A DNA stretch of 64,000 nucleotides, taken from assembly GCF_009914755.1 (NCBI RefSeq), contig NC_060926.1, one strand, 5' to 3'. How positions within the stretch are numbered: the stretch's first letter is position 1; each line of letters begins with the position of its first letter. The translations under genes were made by a program, and so were the position numbers. The notes beneath the pieces are model-generated. The model searched no databases, was not told the DNA's origin, and saw only the letters and a program-made list of their open reading frames with translations. Positions 56,404 through 64,000 of the stretch are shown here, in pieces. The stretch comes from the human T2T-CHM13v2.0 reference genome, Homo sapiens.

Positions 56404-57023
56404 TAGCTTTATTCTTCTCTAGAATTTAGCAAAGTGCTTGGGACCTAGTTAATATCTGAGAAAAATTTGTTGAAAAAATAACAAATAAGGACTCTTAGTC
56501 CACAGTACAGTTATGGATCACTACATTAATTCTACTTTTATGTAAATATTTACCCTTTACCAAGTTAAAGTATTTTTCCCTATAAGGACATGTTTGCTAA
56601 GTGAAAAGAAGTATAGATTTGAATGTACACAAATGTGTGTAACAATGATTTATAAGCACAGAGAAAACTCTCATTTATTGATAGTTTGAAACCAAGTTTT
56701 AGAGCAATATGAGTTTTGCAGATTAATATTCCTTGTGAAGCAGTTATATAGTTGAGTTGTTGATTTAACATGTATTTTCACCTTAAAATATATGATTTGG
56801 CCATCAGCTGGCCATAGGGAAAGAATATGGGAGAACACTGTGGGATTTGGGGACATACAATCTTTACTGAGATCTTATAACCAAGGCTCCACTGAAGAGT
56901 TAAAATTCTTTGCTTATTGATATATAAATCAATGTTACTAATATTTAGAATCCCACATACCATATAACATTTAAAGAAGTGAGGAAGAGTAGCATAAATT
57001 TGCCAACTTTCCCATTTACCAAC

Positions 57024-57400
57024 TGATACGGTTTGGCTGTGTCCCCATCCAAATCTCATCTTGAATTGTAGTTCCCATAACTTTCACATGCCCTGGGAGG
57101 GACCCAGTGGGAAGTAATTGAACCATAGGGCAGTTACTCCCATGCTACTGTTCTTGTGAGAGTGAGTGAGTTCTCACAAGATCTGATGGTTTTACAAGGG
57201 GTTTTCCCCACTTTTGCTTGACACTTCTCCTTCCTGCCACCATGTGAAGAAGGATGTGTTTCCTTTCCTTTCTGTCATGATTGTAAGTTTCCTGAGGCCT
57301 CTTCAGCCATGGGGAACTGTGAGTCAATTAAACCTCTTTCCTTTATAAATTACCTAGTCTTGGGCAGTTGTTTACAGAAACACGAGAATGGACTGATACA
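57024..57400 (+). mobile_element. THE1C/D MaLR solo LTR, full length
   Basis: tgatacggtttggctgtgtcccc...gaatggactgataca; perfect 5-bp TSD ccaac. Confidence 0.95.
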
Positions 57401-58449
57401 CCAACTACAGACATTAAAAATGCCCACATTCCTCGTCCAATAACCACATCAACAGTAGAGACAGGATATATTAACACACACAAAAATCAGAAGGACATTA
57501 GGATACATATGGCAATTACATAAATGTAACTTTTTGTTAAACTGTGGTTAATGTTCTTATTTTTTATTATTTCACTTTGGCCTGGCAAAACTTTCATCAG
57601 GAGACTGGCCCTGTTCCATAATTTTATATTTGAGAATCACTCATTTAATGTGAGAAGGACTCTTAGCCCACAGTAGAATATTGCCTTTTCCCATTCTCAG
57701 TAATATTTTTAAAAGGTTCACATTTTTTAGATATAGGCTCTAAATAATTTTAGTATCAATTGGATAACTGTTTAAAACTTAGAAGAAAAGTTGAAGTTTG
57801 CCTGTGTATTGTCAATAGAAAACACAGATAAGGCCATTCATTAACGGAAGAATCAGAAGAGTAAATGGTGAATATAACTATTGCATGTTCTTAAGTAAAG
57901 TTTCATTATTGAGACTGTTAAAAAAGCAAATAAAGTTTAATTGCCTTGTGATTAAGTAGAATCCTTTTAATGTCTGAATTCATCGGTATGTCCCAAGACT
58001 CTGGTGTACTTTTAAGCACATAGTGTGCTGCTTAACAAATACCTATTGATCACTGTTAATAAGGAGTAGACACAATTAGAAGAAAAAGAACAGACCTAAA
58101 TTAATCCTTTACTGGGTAGGAAAGTTTAACAATGTCATTCCCTGGGTTTGACAGTAATTTTATTTAAAGATTTTTATAAATAACCTAAAAGTGGGAGTAC
58201 ACAGTAAATTATCCAAGCTATTCTAAGCAAAGGAATGCTGAATGAGTGGGAGTAAAGTGCAGGAAGAACTCACGGAGCTGTGTAGGGTAAGACGAATGGC
58301 AATTGAGCTCCAATGTGGGCAAGTGTGAAATAAAGCATTTAAAGAACAACTCCAGATACGGAATAATCGATTATAAGATATAATGATCTTATAAGAATAA
58401 GATCTTTTATGACCCAGGAAAATTATCTAAGAATTACAATATGCACTTT

Positions 58450-59418
58450 CATTCAAAAAGCAATCTCACTACTTAATATATATCCAAAGAAAAAGAAAAT
58501 TGGTATGTTTAAAAGACTCCTGCACTCCCATGATTTTGCAGCATTATTCGCAATAGCCAAGAAACAGAATCAACCTAAGTGTCCATCAAAAGATGAGTGG
58601 ATAAAGAAAATGTGATACTATACACAATGGAATACTACTCAGCCTTAAAAAAAGAAAAAAAATCCTGTCGTTTACAACGACATAGATCAAACTGGAGAAC
58701 ATAACTTTAATTGAAATAAGCCAGGCACAGAAAGAAAAATACCACATAGTTTCACTTTATGTGTATGTGGAATCAGAAAAAGTTGAACTCATAGAAGTAG
58801 AGAGTGGAATGGCGGTTATCAGGAGCTGGGACAGAAAGAAGGGGTGGGGGAGATATTGATCAAAGGATATAAAATTTCTATTGAGACAGGAGGAGTTAAT
58901 TCAAGAAATCTGCCAGGTGGGGTGTCTCATGCCTGTAATCACAGCACTTTGTGAGGCCGAGGCGGGTGGATTGTTTTAAGTCAGGAGTTCGAGACTAGCC
59001 TGACCAACATGGTGAAGCCCTGTCTCTACTAAAAATACAAAAATTAGCCAGGCATGGTGGCACATGCCTGTAATTCCAGATACTCAGGAGGCTGAGGCAG
59101 GGGAATCACTTGGACCCAGGAGGCGGAGGTTGCAGTGAGCTGCAATTCTGCCACTGCACTCCAGCAGCCTGGGCAGCAGAGTAAGGCTGTGTCTCAAAAA
59201 AAAAAAATCTGTTTTAAAACATGCTAACTAGAGTTAATAATAATATATTGTATTCTTGAAACATGCAAGAATGGATCTTGTTTTCTCCACAAACAATAAC
59301 AATGTGAGGTGATGCATATGTTAATTAGCTAGCTTTAGTTATTCCACAATGTATACATACTTTAAAACATCATGTTGTACACAATAAATACATATATTTT
59401 TATCTGTCAATTAAAAAA
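58450..59418 (+). mobile_element. L1MA 3' end split by an Alu
   Basis: aatcaacctaagtgtccatca...gaaataagccaggcacagaaag...aacatcatgttgtacacaataaatac...tgtcaattaaaaaa. Confidence 0.88.
58912..59204 (+). mobile_element. AluS
   Basis: gccaggtggggtgtctcatgcctgtaatc through poly(A); TSD aagaaatct / aaaaaatct. Confidence 0.95.
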
Positions 59419-59529
59419 TGGTCTTATATCCCATATAATCATTTAAAATCTAGGTAATCTCTTAACCTTTTAAAATTAGCATCTTTCTTATTCAATTCTG
59501 GCTGTTATAATAAGACATTTTAGGTGGCA

Positions 59530-60366
<837 letters not shown>

Positions 60367-60922
60367 GAAATAAACTTCTATAAATAATAGAATTTTTTTT
60401 TTGCTCAGAGTTCTGGAAGCTGGAAAGTACAAATTCAAGAAAGGGTGAGCAAGCTTCCCAAAGCCTCTGTTATAAGGGCACTAATCCCATTTATGAGGGC
60501 TATGCTCATAACCTGATCACATCCCACAAAACTCAACTTCTTAATACTATCACATTCAGAATGAGGTTTCAAAATAAAATTTTGGGAGAACACAAACATT
60601 CAGACCATAGAATTCTGCCCCTGGCTCCCCAAAATTCTCACATGCAAAATGCATCCACTCCATCCCAATAGCTCCAAATGTCATAACTCACTCCAGCATC
60701 AACTCACTCAAAAGTCTAAAGTCCAGAGTCTCATCTAAATATCAAAATCAGATATGGATGACAATCAGGGTGTGATTTATTCTGAGGCCAGTTGCTTTCT
60801 AGCTGGGAATCTGTGAAATCAAATAACTTACGTGCTTCCAAAATTTTATGGTGGGGAAGGCAGAGGGTAGATATTTCTCAATTCTAAAATGCAGAAATCA
60901 GAACTAAGAAATTGGTAATTGG

Positions 60923-61218
<296 letters not shown>

Positions 61219-63779
61219 AAGAAATGGGTAATTTGTATCAAGTAAGTTCAAAACCCAAACCCAACAGGGCAGACAACATTATATCTTAAAGCCTGAGAAT
61301 AATCTTTGACTCAACTTCTTGCTTTCAGGATACACTGGGTTGGGTTCCCAAAGCTCCACATAGCCCTGCCCCTGTGACTTTCCTGGGTGCAACCCACGTA
61401 GCAGCTCTCATGGTTAAGGATTCATTCCTGTGTCTCCCTCAGGATCCCTCACCTCTTGACACTGTTACATCGTCGATTAGCTTTCAACATATTAATTTAG
61501 GCAACACAAACATTCAGACGAAAGCAGTAGCTATGATTATGTCAAATAATTGTGGAAGATGAATTTTTTGGCAAATTTTGTAAGGTATATCCTTTAAATA
61601 TATATTGTTTATTAAACTTTAGAAAAACAGGTTTATCTCATTCATTCAATTTAGAGAAAATGTCTGCATTGGCAAAAGCCAGTCATCGACATATGGGATA
61701 CAACATTCTCACTACTGAATTCTAATTACACAGATAAAGAGACAGAAAGGCTAAGAGATAAGTATACTTTTAAGTATACATACATGTATTCATATTTAGA
61801 GAGCTAGAGATAGGTAAAGAGATTACAGACACATATGCATGTATATGTTATATGTGTGTATGTAGATATAGGCATACACAAACACCCAAACTCATGTATA
61901 CCCCAAGAAAGCTTTGGTAAGAAGAGTCAGAGTCCTGTTTCAGTCTAGCTGAAACAGATATGTAAACAAGAGAAATGTAAACAGGATGAAGTAAGACTTC
62001 TCCTTTCAATACTTCTTACTAAGATTTTCTTTGCTTTGCTCTTTGGAGTATACTTTACAAGGCATTCTCCAAACTGTCTCTTTGTTTGATTCCCTGGAGA
62101 TGTTTACATCTTCTGCCAGTGAAAAGATGATAGCTGAGTGAGCATTGTGTCTTTCCTCTCTGAAATGGGAGAAGGGCAATTGTGAAAGACAAGGCAGAAA
62201 AAGACAATCTACAGCTTTTAGACAGTTTTCAGGTAGGTTAGTTTTAAGAAATAGTACATGTGGATCTGGAAATTAAATTTCTTAAAACTATACATGCTTT
62301 TGTAACCCCAAGCCTTCGTACTGTACCAACAGATAAAAATGTTCAATTGTTTGAAAGCTGCTGCCCTGAAGAAGAACTTGAGCAGAACTGCCCATTTATT
62401 TCCTTAAAAATGAAAATAGGAGAGAATAGATGAACAGAAAGTTATGAGGGCAGTATGAGGAAGATACGATGTGCAGGGAGGCTATAATATTATATTTTGA
62501 GAAAAAAAGAAGTGGGAAAGGTCAAACAGAATTAACCATAACACTTTAAAATCAAAACGGATTGCCAAGTTCAGAGAAAGCTTATCTTCCATCTCAACCT
62601 TGCACCAAAATTAACAAATCTAAAAATGACTAGATCTTTAAAAGTCAAACACTATGCCTATAAAGTTTGCTTATTATGAAGTAGAGTGTGTAGGAAAGCA
62701 AGATGATATACTTATCAGGTAATATTCTGATATGTTTACCTATAGATTTTCCATTCTTCATTGCCATAAGACCTTAGGCCATTTTACCACCAATTAAGGG
62801 AAGCCATAGCAGACACTGAAAAACCAAAAAGAAGGATTTCTTGGCTTTGGAGTTTTCAAATGTTGAAGTCCTAACACAAACAACAGGAGTGGAAGGAAAA
62901 TTCACAAGCCACTGGGATGCTGCAGAATGAGTAGATAAGGCTCTCTCCACCGATCTTTGAGCTGGGGCATGAGAAACATCAGAGAGAAGAGCAGAAGAAT
63001 TAATTCTGTTTAGGAATAGGTCTCTGATGGCTTTCTGTCTTGCATTTTAACCCATCTGAGCTTCATGCAAAGAGGCACAACAGAATCTCTACACAAGTTA
63101 TGGGATTCGAGAGCAGAGGATATCTGAGCCCACAAGAACCATGCGGTTCTAGACTTCCCAGCATGTAAGTTGCTGTAGCAATAAAGTAGACATAATTGTC
63201 CAATGGGTCTAGATGTGAGATTGCCCTACTAAGTTTCCCACAGTGATAAACTTAAGATAATATCCAAAAGATCCCTCTGGAGATCTTAAAGCTGTAGAGA
63301 GTGACATCAGCGTTAGGATGTTGAACAGACACAATCATGTGTGTAGACTTTTTTTATCAGATCCCAGATTGGGAAAAAAAAAAAAAAGTTTTCCACATGT
63401 CAGAGCAGAATGGCTCTTACTGAATAGGAACCAGGAAAATAAAAATGCTGCAAAAGATACCAAACCAGGCCAATAGTGACCAAGAACCCAGCCACCTTTC
63501 ATGGGCCTTGATGTGAGTCAGAAACGTACATGCAACTTTTGAAACAAAGGGAGAAAATAATAACACTTGATCTGTTAAAAAAAAAAAAACTAATGGATTG
63601 AGTTTATTAACAAATGGCTAATTTTCTTTTAAAAACAGTCTTAAAAGAGCTGGTGGCAGAAATTAATTAGAGTTATGCAAAAAAGTTACATATTTTACAC
63701 ACCACAATTGATACATCTTAATAACCATTGGTACATAAAATTAACATAATAGCTGTAATTTATGGAGAACTTTCTCTCC

Positions 63780-63960
63780 AGGTTTGGTGTTCAGTACTTT
63801 GCATGCATTATTTTATCTTCTAAACAACTCCATAATTTAGAAATTGTTTTACAGCATTCCCATTTTAAAAGTCAGTAAAGCATAGTGATTTGCCCAAGGT
63901 TACCAAGCCAATAGGTGGTAAAATCAGAAATAAAATTCAAATATATTCACACCAATTATC
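63780..63960 (-). mobile_element. MIR relic
   Basis: ttcccatttta...gtgatttgcccaaggttaccaagcc. Confidence 0.65.
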
Positions 63961-64000
63961 CTACCCTTAGTAATTACACCAAATAACTATGACCATAAAG

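Overview
This is AT-rich, CpG-poor primate (most likely human or great ape) genomic DNA, either intergenic or deep intronic. I see no CpG island, no recognisable host protein-coding exon, no RNA gene and nothing prokaryotic. A large part of the window is fossil transposable elements: about 11 Alus (J, S and Y classes), L1PA/L1MA/L1MC/L1M fragments, L2 and MIR relics, solo LTRs (THE1, MST/MLT1, MLT2, MER4, MER49, LTR47, ERVL-type) and DNA transposons (MER2, MER20, MER5, MER53, MER58, MER46C, Tigger3). Many still have readable target-site duplications (TSDs). The only ORF with a real protein match is the C-terminus of L1 ORF2p (46262-46837). The most unusual structures look like local template-switch scars: a 116-bp-arm inverted duplication with a duplicated, palindromic spacer (49770-50140), a 215-bp copy of a THE1 LTR plus its unique flank placed 1.4 kb upstream (55579-55793), and shorter dispersed copies (22377, 56487). 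Two L1s with twin-priming inversions are also present. I found no evidence for a new multi-gene system. Subfamily names come from memory of consensus sequences, not from a database search.
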